A DNA stretch of 64,000 nucleotides from the NCBI GenBank assembly GCA_964016885.1, contig OZ024742.1, positions 31,744,001 through 31,808,000 on the forward strand, in the 5' to 3' direction. A program made the translations under genes and the position numbers. Of the stretch, positions 39,190 to 54,235 are shown piece after piece. The stretch is from Eledone cirrhosa (taxonomy: Eukaryota). Numbering within the stretch: position 1 is the stretch's first letter; each line of letters begins with the position of its first letter. The notes beneath the pieces were generated by a model. The model searched no databases and was not told the DNA's origin. It saw only the letters and a program-made list of their open reading frames with translations.

Positions 39190-40660
39190 TGTGCGTTATC
39201 ACTGCATTATCAAGCACAGCTCTCTGCACCTTGGGTATGTGCAGTGAGGTTTTTGGTGGTGTTTGTTCTATTGTATTGAGAGTATTCTTCATAATATGTG
39301 TGCAGTGCCTATCATCATCATCGTTTCACGTCCGTGTTCCATGCTAGCATGGGTTTGGATGGGAGTTTTCCCACTTGAGGCAAGATTGGTTGTCTTGCTC
39401 ATATAGGACTGTCTGGCGAGTTTTCTACGGCTGGATGCCCTTCCTAACACCAACCACGTTTACAGTGTGGACTGGGAGGTTTTTACCGTGTTGCCTACAC
39501 GGCCACATTATAGCGTGGACTGTGTGTTTTTTTGTCGTGACACCTACACAACCTCATTTGTTTAGGACTGGATGTTGTGGTATCAACATAACTTCACAAT
39601 TAAGAGGGTGGGGGTAGTGGGATGGGGGTGTATTTTAGTAAGAGGTGCCTACTGACTGTAGGTTTCGCTTTGCACTTAGGCGAGGCGGGTCTTCTGTATT
39701 ACTGCATAGTGCCAAAGATCTTGGTCCAGCGACATTGTCTTGGAGAGGTGTAAGTGTGTGAGGTCGGAATTTATCAAGTCGTCCCAGGTTTTTCTGGGTC
39801 TGCCTACTCCGTGGCTACCATCTATTTTGATCACCCTGCATTTTTTTATACAGCTGTCGTCTTTCATGCGCATCATGTGAACATACCAACGTAGTCTTCT
39901 CTCAAGTAAACAGCATCTGATCCCTCTTATTCCTAATTTCTCACTTAGTTCATTTATGCTTTACCGTTCACGTATGTTACTATTACACATCCAACAGAGC
40001 ATGCAAGCTTCGTTCCTCTCTAGTCTGCGTAGATCCTCTGCACACAATGCCCAGGTCTCCCTGCCATGTAACATTGTTGTTCGTATGCAGGCATCATACA
40101 GCCTGCCTTTCATTTTTAGAGAGAAATCTTTAGTGGCCAATAGTGGTATAAGCTCTCTGAACTTTTTCCATCCCGTTCTGACTACTGTACTTTCAGAGCA
40201 CCCCCCACCACTGCTGATTTTGTCACCCAGATAACGGAAGGTGTCCACTATTTCTATAGAACCATCTGTGCAATGGAATGAGCTAGTATTCTGTGGGCAC
40301 TTGCTGCTACTTGTTGCACCTGAGCACCGGCCACATATAAAATCTATATTCTTAGTTAGCTTACCTGTGATCCCACTATATCTTTTATGCATCCATACTT
40401 TGCATTTGGGACATAAAATGGCTAGTAGTTCTATTCTGTGTATGCTGTATATATGAGTCCTGGAGTTATGTATCTGTCTGTGTAGTTTTTTAGCATTCCT
40501 AGAGCACCTATTATTATAGGTATTGTTTGTCTTCAACATCCACATTTGGGTTATTTCTATCTCTAGATCTTTATATTTGGACAGTTTCTTCATTTTCTTG
40601 GTAGACATGTTGTCATCAGTTGAGATTGAGACAGCAACCAGAGGACATTTTTTCTTTGTA
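39190..40660 (-). mobile_element. REL-endonuclease non-LTR (R2/R4-group-like) 3' fragment, split by the RTE-B insertion
   Basis: KKCPLVAVSISTDDNMSTKKMKKLSKYKDLEIEITQMWMLKT resembles the REL C-terminus (KxxKYxDLxxEIxxMW). 39190-39310 and 40421-40450 join up as in the uninterrupted copy at 17745-17905. Confidence 0.6.
39311..40411 (-). mobile_element. RTE LINE family B, 5'-truncated, 1.1 kb
   Basis: CPKCKVWMHKRYSG...CGRC...IVDTFRYLGD...GWKKFRELIPLL...GRLYDACIRTTMLHG...; MRMKDDSCIKKC...GRPRKTW; long UTR and (GAT)n tail. Confidence 0.9.
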
Positions 40661-42525
40661 GTTATTATTATGATTGGCAGTATCGGTAAAGGGTCAGACA
40701 CCATGCTTTGCAGCATAGAGTTACGGTCCTTTGCAGAGTTCAAATCCTGCCAAGGTTAACTTTATTTTATCAACCCCGTAAGGATGAAAAGCAAAGTACC
40801 AGTAATGCACTGGGATAATTGCTGGTCTTGTGCCAAAGGTAGAAACAATTATTATTATTATATCTTTTATTTTACACAAAGAAAAACCTACATTGTATCG
40901 TCCTGTACCATCTTTAATGTTTCCTTAATGTAAACCCTGTGTGGCTAAAAAAGAAATCATCACAATTATCATATCTTAATACACTGGCTTAAATTGATTC
41001 CAGTGCATTACTGGTACTTTATTTTATCGACCCCCATACAGATGAAAGGTGAAATTAGTTTTGCCTTTTGTTGTTACGGGGTTGATAGAATAAAGTACCA
41101 GTAATCCACAAGGTTAGCTTTGTTGATAAAATAAAGTACCAGTAGCACACTGAGGTCAATTTAATCGGCTTTCTTTTCCCCCCAAATTACTGGCCTTGTG
41201 CCTATACTAGAAATCATTATTATTTTTCGCTGAGGTTAGGTTTGCCTTTCATCCTTACAGAGTTGTAACAACATTGATGTTGTTGTTTATACACTGCTGT
41301 TGTTGTTGTTGCAGTTGTTTATACACTTCTGTTGTTGTTGCAGTTGTTTGTACACTGCTGCTGTTGTTTATACTGTTGTTGTTACTATCTACCATTGTGT
41401 AAAAAAAGTTTTTTTCCCTCTTCTCTCTCCCTCTTCTCCCTCCCTCTTCTCCCCTCTCTCTCTCCCTCCTTCTTTCTCCCTCTATCTCTGTCCCTTCTCC
41501 CTCTCCTCCAACCCCTGTTTATAACTGAGTCATCATGGTTCAATTACTCAAACTCCCCAACAGACAACCATCCCCACTCCACCCTAATCACCTTATTTTT
41601 ACCTGTTCTGTCTACTCACTTCAATCACAGACACTCCACTCTATAACCCTTTCCTCCTTATAACCTTCCTCCTCAGCCCCACTCCCCTCTATAACTTGCC
41701 CCAGTCCCTTCTCCTCTATAACCCCCCCCCCTCTCCTCTATACCCCCCCTCCTTGTCATTAAAAGGAGGGGAGGTGGGGAGATCAATAATCGTGACTCAA
41801 TTATGTAATTTGTATTAATTTCCTCAATCAGGTTTGTGTTGTGTTGTGTATGTGTAGATGTGTGGTGTATATGTGTGTGATGTGTGGGTGGGTGGTGTAT
41901 ATGTGTGGGTGGGTGGTGTATATGTGTGGACGTGTGTTGTATATGTATGGGTGTATATGTGTGTGGTGTGTATGTGTGGGTGTGTGTATGTATGATTGGC
42001 TTGTGTGTATGTGGTGTGTGGTAAGACATGGATTTCCCCTGCTCCCATGTATTGGTGTATGTATGATGAAGCAAGTTTGGTGTGTGTGTGTGTGTGTGCT
42101 CCTATGTGTGCATGAATGTTTTAATGTATCTATCAATGTATACAAAGGTATGAAAAGAGAAAACTATTTTGACATACAAATGATGCAAACCTACTCCATA
42201 TTGCATCTTGCAGTTTATTAAATTTAATACAACTAGTCCCATTTGTGTACTAACTCTGTCTTTGATGACCTGTCCAACCCTTACTAGCCCCACTTGTGTA
42301 TTAACTGTGTCTTTGAAGACCTTTCCAACTCTTGTGTACTAACTCTGTTCTTAAAGACCTGTCCAACCGTTGTTAATAGGAAAAAGGGAATTAAATGAGA
42401 TTGCTGTTGACAACCAAAGATGGGATAAGAATCAGTAATAAGCAGAGACATAACTAAAACAGCCCAACACAGCACCTTCTATAAAGTTTCAACCTGTACT
42501 ATACACACACACACAATATATATAT

Positions 42526-43150
42526 CATCATCATCATCATCATCATTTAACGTCCATCTTCCACGTTAGCATGGGTTAGACGGTTTTGTTCCATTTGATG
42601 CAGAAATGGTCAGGAGACCATGTCTCGCTCGCACGGAAGCGTCTCTGGCAGGTTTTTTTTTACAGCTGGGTGCCCTTCCTAACACCAATCACATTTACAG
42701 TGTGGACTGGGAACCTTTTCACCATGTCTCCTACACGACCACCTTACAGTGTGGACTGTTGTGTCATTGACACAGTGGATGGAACGAGAGAGGGTGGGTG
42801 GGGTGGGGTGTACATTGAGTTAAGAGGTACCTACTGACTGTAGGTTTGTATGCAATGGTAGTCGGGTCTTCTGTACAATTGCATGGCGCCAAAGGTCTCG
42901 ATCCAGTGTCGTTATCTTAGAAAGGTGTAGGTGGGCAAGGTCAGGTTTTATCACCTCGTCCCAGGTTTTTCTTGGTCTACCCACTCTGCAGCTTCCATCA
43001 ATTTTCATTGCCCTGCACTTTTTTATGCAGTTGTCGTCCTTCATACGCATCACATGTCCATACCAACACAATCTCCTCGCCACAGCATTTGATATCTCTT
43101 ATGCTTAGTCTCCCTCTTAGTTCATTTATGCTTCGCCTTTCGCGCACGTT
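42526..43150 (-). mobile_element. RTE family B-related 3' fragment
   Basis: RRLCWYGHVMRMKDDNCIKKCRAMKIDGSCRVGRPRKTWDEVI; UTR and (GAT)n tail. Confidence 0.85.
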
Positions 43151-43423
43151 ATTATATATATAGATGTGTATATATATATGTGTGTTTTGGGGAGAAATCA
43201 GCAGGGCTTCCTGATGATTTCTCCCGAATGAAAAAGTTCTAGTCCTGTAGAAGCCATTTCTATATTATATTTATACTCTATGTATTGAGTACCTTACTTA
43301 CTGTGCTGTGGTTACCCCCGATTGAACCCAGGTTAAACTTATATATATATATATATATATGTTGAGCTTCCATATTGTGAAGCCCACAAATCAAAGTAGT
43401 ACTTGATGCAATACATACATATA

Positions 43424-43716
43424 TCATCATCATCATTTTACGTCCACTTTTTCCCTGCTTGCAAGGGTGGGACGGGAACTGATTCTTGCTTGATTTCTAC
43501 AGCTGGATGCCCTTCCTAACACTAACCTCATTTACAGTGAGTGCTGGGTGCTTTTTTTCTGTAGCACCTCCACGACCCCTTTGCAGTGGAATGATATGGA
43601 CTCCAGTCCCTATCATCTCATTTCTACAGCTGAGTAAACTGGAGCAATGTGAAATAAAGTGTCTTGCTCAAGGAAACAACACATCACCCGGTCTGAGAAT
43701 TGAACTCACAACCTTT
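43424..43716 (-). mobile_element. SINE family 2, head truncated
   Basis: Near-identical to 62016-62336. Confidence 0.8.
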
Positions 43717-44624
43717 CAAATATATGTTTATTTGATAACTAAAACAAAGTGCGTATATATATATACATACACACACACAAATATATATATATATATATAT
43801 ATATAATATTCTTCTTCCTGCTAATTATACATATGTTAATCATAATTATAGATTTACCTGTTTCCTGTCATAGAGATCTTGTTAGCTGCCAGTTATATCA
43901 CAGTGTTTCCATTGTTTCTTTCCTCAACTCTGACAATATCTCGGGTCACTAGGTTTGGGGTGGGGGTGTGGAGTATGACAGGGTAGTAATCTACTCTACC
44001 ACCACCACCACCACACTCAGTAAACATATTTGGAGTAAAAGCGGGGTGGGATGTTTAGTGTGGAGGGGGGAGGGGGTTAGTGTTGTTTGTTTCTGTTATA
44101 TTTTTGTTTAAATTTCTTCTGTAAAAATATTTTTACTTTACCTTGTTCCCCCCCCCCCCCCCCCACTCCCACCTCTATCCAATCTCAGCCCCTAATCCAA
44201 CCCCAACCCCTTATCCTTGTTATATATAGTCAGCCTTCTGAAAAAAAAATCATGCAAATTTTAATCCCTGCTCCCAAAACTAGTAAAAAGACCCAAACCA
44301 GATGTAAAATTCCCCCTACACACACACACACACACGCACGCACGCACGCACGCGCGCGCACAAAACTGGTAAGAGATGGAGGCCAGATGTAAAATATACC
44401 TTACCCCCAATACACGTGTACTTTATTTATAATATATCTATGTGAGAAAATTTCCATTATAATTCTATGTAAGAACCTTTATTAAGTTATGTTCCAGCTT
44501 CATAAAGAGAGAATTATATTACTAAATTTCTCTGAAGTTTTTTTGTTATTTTCAAAATTATTTGAAAATTATAAACAATGTTTTTCATAAGAAATAAGGA
44601 AATGGAAGGGTTAGATTGCCTGTT

Positions 44625-45738
44625 ATGTACATACACACACATAGCACACACACACATATATATACATAACACACACATACACCACACACACATATAGCAC
44701 ACACACATATATACATAACACACACATATAGCACACACACATATATACATAACACACACATACACCACACACACATGTACATACACACACATACACCACA
44801 CACACATGTACATACACACACATACACCACACACACATGTACATACACACACATATATATATATAGCACACACATACACCACACACACATGTACATACAC
44901 ACACATATATACATAGCACACACATACACCACACACACATGTACATACACACCACTCATACACATACACATGCACACATACCACATACCACACACCACTA
45001 ATACACCCACACATGCACATATACACACTACACTCACATACACCACACACACATGTACATACACAACATACATACACATACCACACACCACACATACACA
45101 CTACACACACACATGTACATACACACACACATATACATAGCACACACATACACCACACACACATGTACATACACACACATACACCACACACGTACATACA
45201 CACACATGCACCACACACACATCTACATACACATATATATATAGCACACACATACACCACACACACATGTACATACACACACATATATATACCGTACATA
45301 GCACAGACACATGTGCACACATATACACCACACACACGTGTACATACACACCACACATACACATGCACACAATACACATACCACACACCACTCATATACC
45401 CACACATGCACATATACACACTACACACACATATACCACACCACACACATACACCCACATAATACACAAACACCACACAACACCCATACACTCATACATG
45501 CACACATACACACTAGACACACACACACATTATACACCCCCCCCCCACACACACAGAGGCATACACCCACATATGTGCACACACAATACCACACACATAC
45601 TACATGCACATACACCTATACCACAAACACACACACCACACACATACCATACACACACACGTTAATATCAAAGATGTGTTAGATAAATAAATCTGTTTAT
45701 CAGGTTTTATCATGCACACACACTCACACAGTATCATG

Positions 45739-45769
<31 letters not shown>

Positions 45770-46365
45770 TCACTCACTCACTCACTCACTCACTCACTCA
45801 CTCACTCACTCACTCACTCACTCACTCACTCACTCACTCACTCACTCACTCACTCACTCACTCACTCACTCACTCACTCACTCACTCACTCACTCATACA
45901 CACTCACTCACTCACTCACTCACTCATACACACTCACTCACTCACTCACTCACTCACTCACTCACTCACTCACTCACTCACTCACTCACTCACTCACTCA
46001 CTCACTCACTCACTCACTCATACACACTCACTCACTCACTCACTCACTCATACACACTCACTCACTCACTCACTCACTCACTCACTCATACACACTCACT
46101 CACACTCACTCATACACACTCACTCACACTCACTCATACACACTCACTCACACTCACTCATACACACTCACTCACACTCACTCATACACACTCACTCACA
46201 CTCACTCATACACACTCACTCATACACACTCACTCACACTCACTCATACACACTCACTCACACTCACTCATACACATTCACCCACACTCACTCACACACA
46301 CACTCACATTCACACACACACACACACACACCACACTCACATTCACACAGTATCATACATACACA
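44625..46365. repeat. CA-rich complex repeat and (CACT)n tract (about 45765-46270)
   Basis: Visible. Confidence 0.9.
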
Positions 46366-47719
46366 CAAACCAACACAAACATAATTGCTTAACCATTTTG
46401 GTACCAAGGGTGTTTCCCCAGCCAGATGGCTGGAACAGGTAAAAAAAGTAAAACTGCTTGAAACCACCTCTGGTTCTACAAAATATAACTGGTTATTTTA
46501 AAATGTTTATATTTATCTAAAAACCTACCATCCTAATTTTATGTAAGAACCTCTAAGTTATGAGAAACTTATTTATATTACTAAATCCCTCCAAATTCTT
46601 GATTATTTTCAAAGTTATTCGAAAATTATACTATGTTTCATTAGAAGTATGGTAAGGAAAGTGTTAAATGGTAAGAAATTCTCAGGAGAGCTGGACAGCA
46701 GAAAGTCTTCAGAGAAGAAACCCACTCCTCTCAAGCAACTGTTTCAGCCTTTCACTTATGAGAGTTTCTTACCATTTAACCCTTAGTGTGTTTCATTAGA
46801 AATATGGCAAGGAAAGTGTTAAATGGTAAGAAATTCTCAGGAGAGCTGGACAGTAGGTCTTAAGAAAAGAAACTCCCTCCCCCCCCAAGCAAATTTTTTG
46901 GCCCTTAATTTCTGAGAGTTTCTTGGAAAGGGTTAAGTATATTTCCTCCTGCCCTTCAACGTATATATCTACAGTCTTGTACATCAACTTATCAATTTAC
47001 TTATATCTAATTTACCATGTGTTGTCATGGTTATGTTGCACTGATGAGGTCAGAATAAAACGAAAACATGTTTGGAATAAGCTCCCATACACATTTAATA
47101 ACTAATATTGTTGTTTTTTTTCCTCACTGCATAATCATTTCTAGTTAGAAATTTTTATGATCCATGTGTGAACTACATCAAATATTAATTCAGATTATGT
47201 GATAGATAATAGTATCACTGTTTATGATCTCTTGTGTCCATCAATGGGTGATCAAATCTTTTGTAATAAGTTAAGAAGTTCTAAAAAGTCTAAATCTGTC
47301 TTAAGCCCAAAGACTCATCCAGGCCAGTGCTTAGCCCAGTTTCTGTGGCATGGAGCTACTGAGAGTACAAGACCCCTTGGACAGGACGCCAGTCCATTAT
47401 AGGGTTAAATCCCCAGCTATTACTGATACTCATTTTCAGCTGAGTATACTGGAGCAAGATGAAATGTTTTGCCAAAGAACAAAACACACAACCCAGTCCA
47501 GGAATTGAACCCATGCCATTATAATCATAAGTCCAACACCCTAACCACTAGGCAACATGGCTCCACTTATGACTTCTTCTACAACCCGCATGTAAACCAA
47601 ACATTGTGAGTGGAAATTGAGTGTGACAGCTCATCAGAATTTTTGTGACAGACATAAACCTTCACGTGGTTTAAGACCTCCCATCAGGCATTTAAACCGG
47701 CCATATCCGGTCAAAATTC

Positions 47720-50700
47720 TCACACACAACCCCAGTATAACACACACAACCCCAGTACAACACACACAACCTCAGTATAACACACAACCCCAGTATAACA
47801 CACACAACCCCAGTATAACACACACAACCTCAGTAAAACACACACAACCCCAGTATAACACACACAACATCAGTATAACACACACAACATCAGTATAACA
47901 CACACAACCCCAGTATAACACACACAACCCCAGTATAACACACACAACCCCAGTATAACACACACAACCCCAGTATAACACACACAACCTCAGTATAACA
48001 CACACAACCCCAGTATAACACACACAACCCCAGTATAACACACACAACCTCAGTAAAACACACACAACCCCAGTATAACACACACAACCTCAGTAAAACA
48101 CACACAACCCCAGTATAACACACACAACCCCAGTATAACACACACAACCCCAGTACAACACACACAACCCCAGTATAACACACACAACCCCAGTACAACA
48201 CACACAACCCCAGTACAACACACACAACCCCAGTACAACACACACAACCTCAGTATAACACACACAACCCCAGTACAACACACACAACCCCAGTACAACA
48301 CACACAACCTCTGTATAACACACACAACCCCAGTACAACACACACAACCTCAGTATAATGCACACAGCCTCAGTATAACACACACAACCTCAGTATAACA
48401 CACACAACCTCAGTATAACACACACAACCCCAGTATAACACACACAACCTCAGTATAACACACACAACCTCAGTATAACACACACAACCTCAGTATAACA
48501 CACACAACCTCAGTATAACACACAACCCCAGTATAACACACACAACCTCAGTATAACACACACAACCTCAGTATAACACACACAACCTCAGTATAACACA
48601 CACAATCTCAGTATAACACACACAACCTCAGTATAACACACACAACCTCAGTACAACACACACAACCTCAGTATAACACACACAACCTCAGTATAACACA
48701 CACAACCCCAGTATAACACACAGAACCTCAGTATAACACACAACCCCAGTACAACACACACAACCCCAGTACAACACACACAACCTCAGTATAACACACA
48801 CAACCCCAGTATAACATACACAACCCCAGTATAACATACACAACCCCAGTATAACACACACAACCCCAGTATAACACACACAACCTCAGTAAAACACACA
48901 CAACCCCAGTATAACACACACAACATCAGTATAACACACACAACATCAGTATAACAGACACAACATCAGTATAACACACACAACCCCAGTATAACACACA
49001 CAACCCAGTATAACACACACAACCCCAGTATAACACACACAACCTCAGTATAACACACACAACCCCAGTATAACACACACAACCTCAGTAAAACACACAC
49101 AACCCCAGTATAACACACACAACCCCAGTATAACACACACAACCCCAGTATAACACACACAACCCCAGTATAACACACACAACCCCAGTACAACACACAC
49201 AACCCCAGTATAACACACACAACCCCAGTACAACACACACAACCTCAGTATAACATACACAACCCCAGTATAACACACACAACCCCAGTACAACACACAC
49301 AACCCCAGTACAACACACACAACCCCAGTACAACACACACAACCTCTGTATAACACACACAACCTCAGTATAATGCACACAGCCTCAGTATAACACACAC
49401 AACCTCAGTATAACACACACAACCTCAGTAAAACACACACAACCCCAGTACAACACACACAACCTCAGTATAACACACACAACCTCAGTATAACACACAC
49501 AACCTCAGTATAACACACACAACCTCAGTATAACACACACAACCCCAGTATAACACACACAAACTCAGTATAACACACACAACCTCAGTATAACACACAC
49601 AACCTCAGTATAACACACACAACCTCAGTATAACACACACAACCTCAGTATAACACACACAACCTCAGTACAACACACACAACCCCAGTATAACACACAC
49701 AACCTCAGTATAACACACACAACCCCAGTACAACACACACAACCTCAGTATAACACACACAACCCCAGTATAACACACACAACCCCAGTATAACATACAC
49801 AACCCCAGTATAACACACACAACCTCAGTATAACACACACAACCCCAGTACAACACCACAACCTCAGTATAACACACACAACCTCAGTATAACACACACA
49901 ACCCCAGTATAACACACACAACCCCAGTACAACACACAACCCCAGTATAACACACACAACCCCAGTACAACACACACAACCCCAGTACAACACACACAAC
50001 CCCAGTACAACACACACAACCCCAGTACAACACACACAACCACAGTACAACACACACAACCACAGTACAACACACACAACCACAGTATAACACACACAAC
50101 CTCAGTATAACACACACAACCCCAGTACAACACACACAACCTCAGTATAACACACACAACCTCAGTATAACACACACAACCTCAGTATAACACACACAAC
50201 CCCAGTATAACACACACAACCCCAGTATAACACACACAACCCCAGTATAACACACACAACCCCAGTATAACACACACAACCCCAGTATAACACACACAAC
50301 CCCAGTATATCACACACAACCTCAGTATAACACACACAACCTCAGTATAACACACACAACCCCAGTACAACACACACAACCTCAGTATAACACACACAAC
50401 CTCAGTATAACACACACAACCTCAGTATAACACACAACCCCAGTATAACACCCAACCCCAGTATAACACACAACCCCAGTATAACACACAACCCCAGTAC
50501 AACACAACCCCAGTACAACACAACCCCAGTATAACACACAACCCCAGTATAACACACAACCCCAGTACAACACACAACCCCAGTACAACACACACAAACC
50601 CAGTACAACACACACAAACCCAGTACAACACACACAACCCCAGTATAACACACACAACCCCAGTACAACCCACAACCTCAGTATAACACACACAACCTCA

Positions 50701-53112
50701 GTATAACACACACAACCCCAGTATAACACACACAACCCCAGTATAACACACACAACCCCAGTACAACACACAACCCCAGTACAACACACAACCCCAATAC
50801 AACACACAACCTCAGTATAACACACACAACCCCAGTACAACACACACAACCTCAGTATAACACACACAACCTCAGTATAACACACACAACCTCAGTACAA
50901 CACACAACCCCAGTACAACACACAACCCCAGTACAACACACACAACCTCAGTACAACACACACAACCTCAGTATAACACACACAACCTCAGTATAACACA
51001 CACAACCTCAGTATAACACACAACCCCAGTACAACACACAACCTCAGTATAACACACACAACCTCAGTATAACACACACAACCCCAGTATAACACACACA
51101 ACCTCAGTATAACACACACCCCCAGTATAACACACACAACCCCAGTATAACACACACAACCCCAGTATAACACACACAACCCCAGTATAACACACACAAC
51201 CCCAGTATAACACACACAACCTCAGTATAACACACACAACCCCAGTACAACACACACAACCTCAGTATAACACACACAACCTCAGTATAACACACACAAC
51301 CTCAGTATAACACACACAACCCCAGTATAACACCCAACCCCAGTATAACACACAACCCCAGTATAACACACAACCCCAGTACAACACAACCCCAGTACAA
51401 CACAACCCCAGTACAACACAACCCCAGTATAACACACAACCCCAGTATAACACACAACCCCAGTATAACACACAACCCCAGTACAACACACAACCCCAGT
51501 ACAACACACACAAACCCAGTACAACACACACAAACCCAGTACAACACACACAACCCCAGTATAACACACACAACCCCAGTACAACCCACAACCTCAGTAT
51601 AACACACACAACCTCAGTATAACACACACAACCCCAGTATAACACACACAACCCCAGTACAACACACAACCCCAGTACAACACACAACCCCAATACAACA
51701 CACAACCTCAGTATAACACACACAACCTCAGTATAACACACACAACCTCAGTATAACACACACAACCTCAGTACAACACACAACCCCAGTACAACACACA
51801 ACCCCAGTACAACACACACAACCTCAGTATAACACACACAACCTCAGTATAACACACACAACCTCAGTATAACACACAACCCCAGTACAACACACAACCT
51901 CAGTATAACACACACAACCTCAGTATAACACACACAACCCCAGTATAACACACACAACCTCAGTATAACACACACCCCCAGTATAACACACACAACCCCA
52001 GTATAACACACACAACCTCAGTATAACACACACAACCCCAGTATAACACACAACCCCAGTACAACACGCAACCCCAGTATAACACACACAACCCCAGTAT
52101 AACACACACAACCCCAGTATAACACAAACAACCCCAGTATAACACACACAACCTCACTATTACACACACAACCTCAGTATAACACACACAAACTCAGTAT
52201 AACACACACAACCCCAGTACAACACACAACCCCAGTACAACACACAACTAAAGTATAACACACACAACTAAAGTATAACACACACAACTAAAGTATAACA
52301 CACACAACTAAAGTATAACACACACAACCTCAGTATAACACACACAACCCCAGTATAACACACACAACCCCAGTATAACACACACAACCCCAGTATAACA
52401 CACACAACCCCAGTATAACACACACAACCCCAGTATAACACACAACCTCAGTATAACACACAACCTCAGTATAACACACAACCTCAGTATAACACACACA
52501 ACCTCAGTATAACACACACAACCTCAGTATAACACACACAACCCCAGTACAACACACACAACCCCAGTACAACACACACAACCCCAGTACAACACACACA
52601 ACCCCAGTATCACACACACAACCCCAGTATCACACACACAACCCCAGTATCACACACACAACCTCAGTATAACACACACAACCTCAGTATAACACACACA
52701 ACCTCAGTATAACACACACAACCCCAGTATAACACACACAACCCCAGTACAACACGCAACCCCAGTATAACACACACAACCTCAGTATAACACACACAAC
52801 CTCAGTATAACACACACAACCTCAGTATAACACACACAACCTCAGTATAACACACACAACCTCAGTATAACATACACAACCTCAGTATAACATACACAAC
52901 CTCAGTATAACATACACAACCCCAGTATAACACACACAACCTCAGTATAACACACACAACCTCAGTATAACACACACAACCTCAGTATAACATACACAAC
53001 TAAAGTATAACACACTCAACCCCAGTACAACACACAACCCCAGTATAACACACATAACTAAAGTATAACACACATAACTAAAGTATAACACACACAACCC
53101 CAGTACAACACA
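47720..53112. repeat. 5.4-kb satellite of a 20-bp unit AACACACACAACC(C/T)CAGTA(T/C)
   Basis: Continuous tandem array with 16/18/20-bp variants and higher-order duplicated blocks. Confidence 0.97.
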
Positions 53113-53399
53113 GTAACATGTGTTAACTACTGTGTAAAGCTGTCTGTTTGATGTGACAGCAGACAGGAGCTAGTTCAAAGTTGTTTTAATCAATAAATCA
53201 ATAAAAGTAGGAAAAAAAGTAAATAAACAGGAACGTATATGAGAAAGTTGTAGAAACTGTTGGGGGTGGTGTGGTGGTGTCTTGTAGTGTTGGTGGTGTG
53301 GTGTTGTTGGTGTGATAGTGTTGGTGGTGTTGTGACTGTGACTGAAATATATAGAGAAGTTAATGTTATGTGAGAGTAAAGTGTAATGTAATGTAGTTA

Positions 53400-53900
53400 T
53401 ATTTTAGTGGTGGTGTAGTGGTAGTGGTGTTGGTGGTATAGAATAGGTATGTTATGGTGGTGTAGTAGTGGTATTAGTAGTATAGAGTAGGTATGTTATG
53501 GTGGTGTAGTGGTGGTGGTGTGGTAGTAGTATAGAGTAGATATTTTATGGTGGTGCGGTGGTGTTGGTAGTATAGAATAGTTATGTTATGGTGGTATAGA
53601 GTAGGTATTTTATGGTGGTGTGGTAGTAGTGGTGGTGTAGTGGTAGTGTTGTTGGTAGTATAGAGTAGGTATGTTATGGTGGTGTGGTAGTGTTGTTGGT
53701 AGTATAGAGTAGGTATGTTATGGTGGTGTAGTGGTAGTGTTGTTGGTAGTATAGAGTAGGTATGTTATGGTGGTGTGGTAGTAGTGCTAGTGTTGTTGGT
53801 AGTATAGAGTAGGTATGTTATGGTGGTGTGGTAGTATGGAGTAGGTATGTTATGGTGGTGTGGAGTTGGTGATGTTGTGGTAGTGTTGTTGGTAGTATAA
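53400..53900. repeat. Degenerate GT-rich tandem repeat GGTAGTATAGAGTAGGTATGTTATGGTGGTGT
   Basis: About 12 related units. Confidence 0.8.
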
Positions 53901-54235
53901 TGTGTTGTAAGGTTATACAGTTAGTTTAAATGGTTCTGATACCAAACTACACCTGGTTCTATGATACAAAATGTCATGGGTTCGATTCCCGGGCTGGGTT
54001 GTGTGTTGTGTTCTTAAGCAAAACACCTCATTCCACATTGCTCCAGTATACTCAGCTGAAAATGGGTACCAGTAATAGCTGGGGGGTTTAACCCTGCAAT
54101 GGACTGGCATCCTGACCAGTAGGAAGTTTTGTACTCTCATTCAGTTCATGCCATGGAAACTGGGATCAACACCAACCTGACGAGGCTCTGGGCAGAAGAC
54201 AGACTTTAGACTCTTTATATATATATATATATATT

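Noticed and set aside
39961-40743. 260-aa ORF as a gene
   Set aside because: Chance fusion of SINE, REL-LINE and RTE-B fragments.
44514-46392. CV/HT-rich ORFs up to 325 aa
   Set aside because: CA-rich and (CACT)n simple repeats.
47720-53112. Cys/Val-rich ORFs, or a telomeric/CRISPR array
   Set aside because: Translations of a 20-bp satellite; no spacers and no TTAGGG motif.
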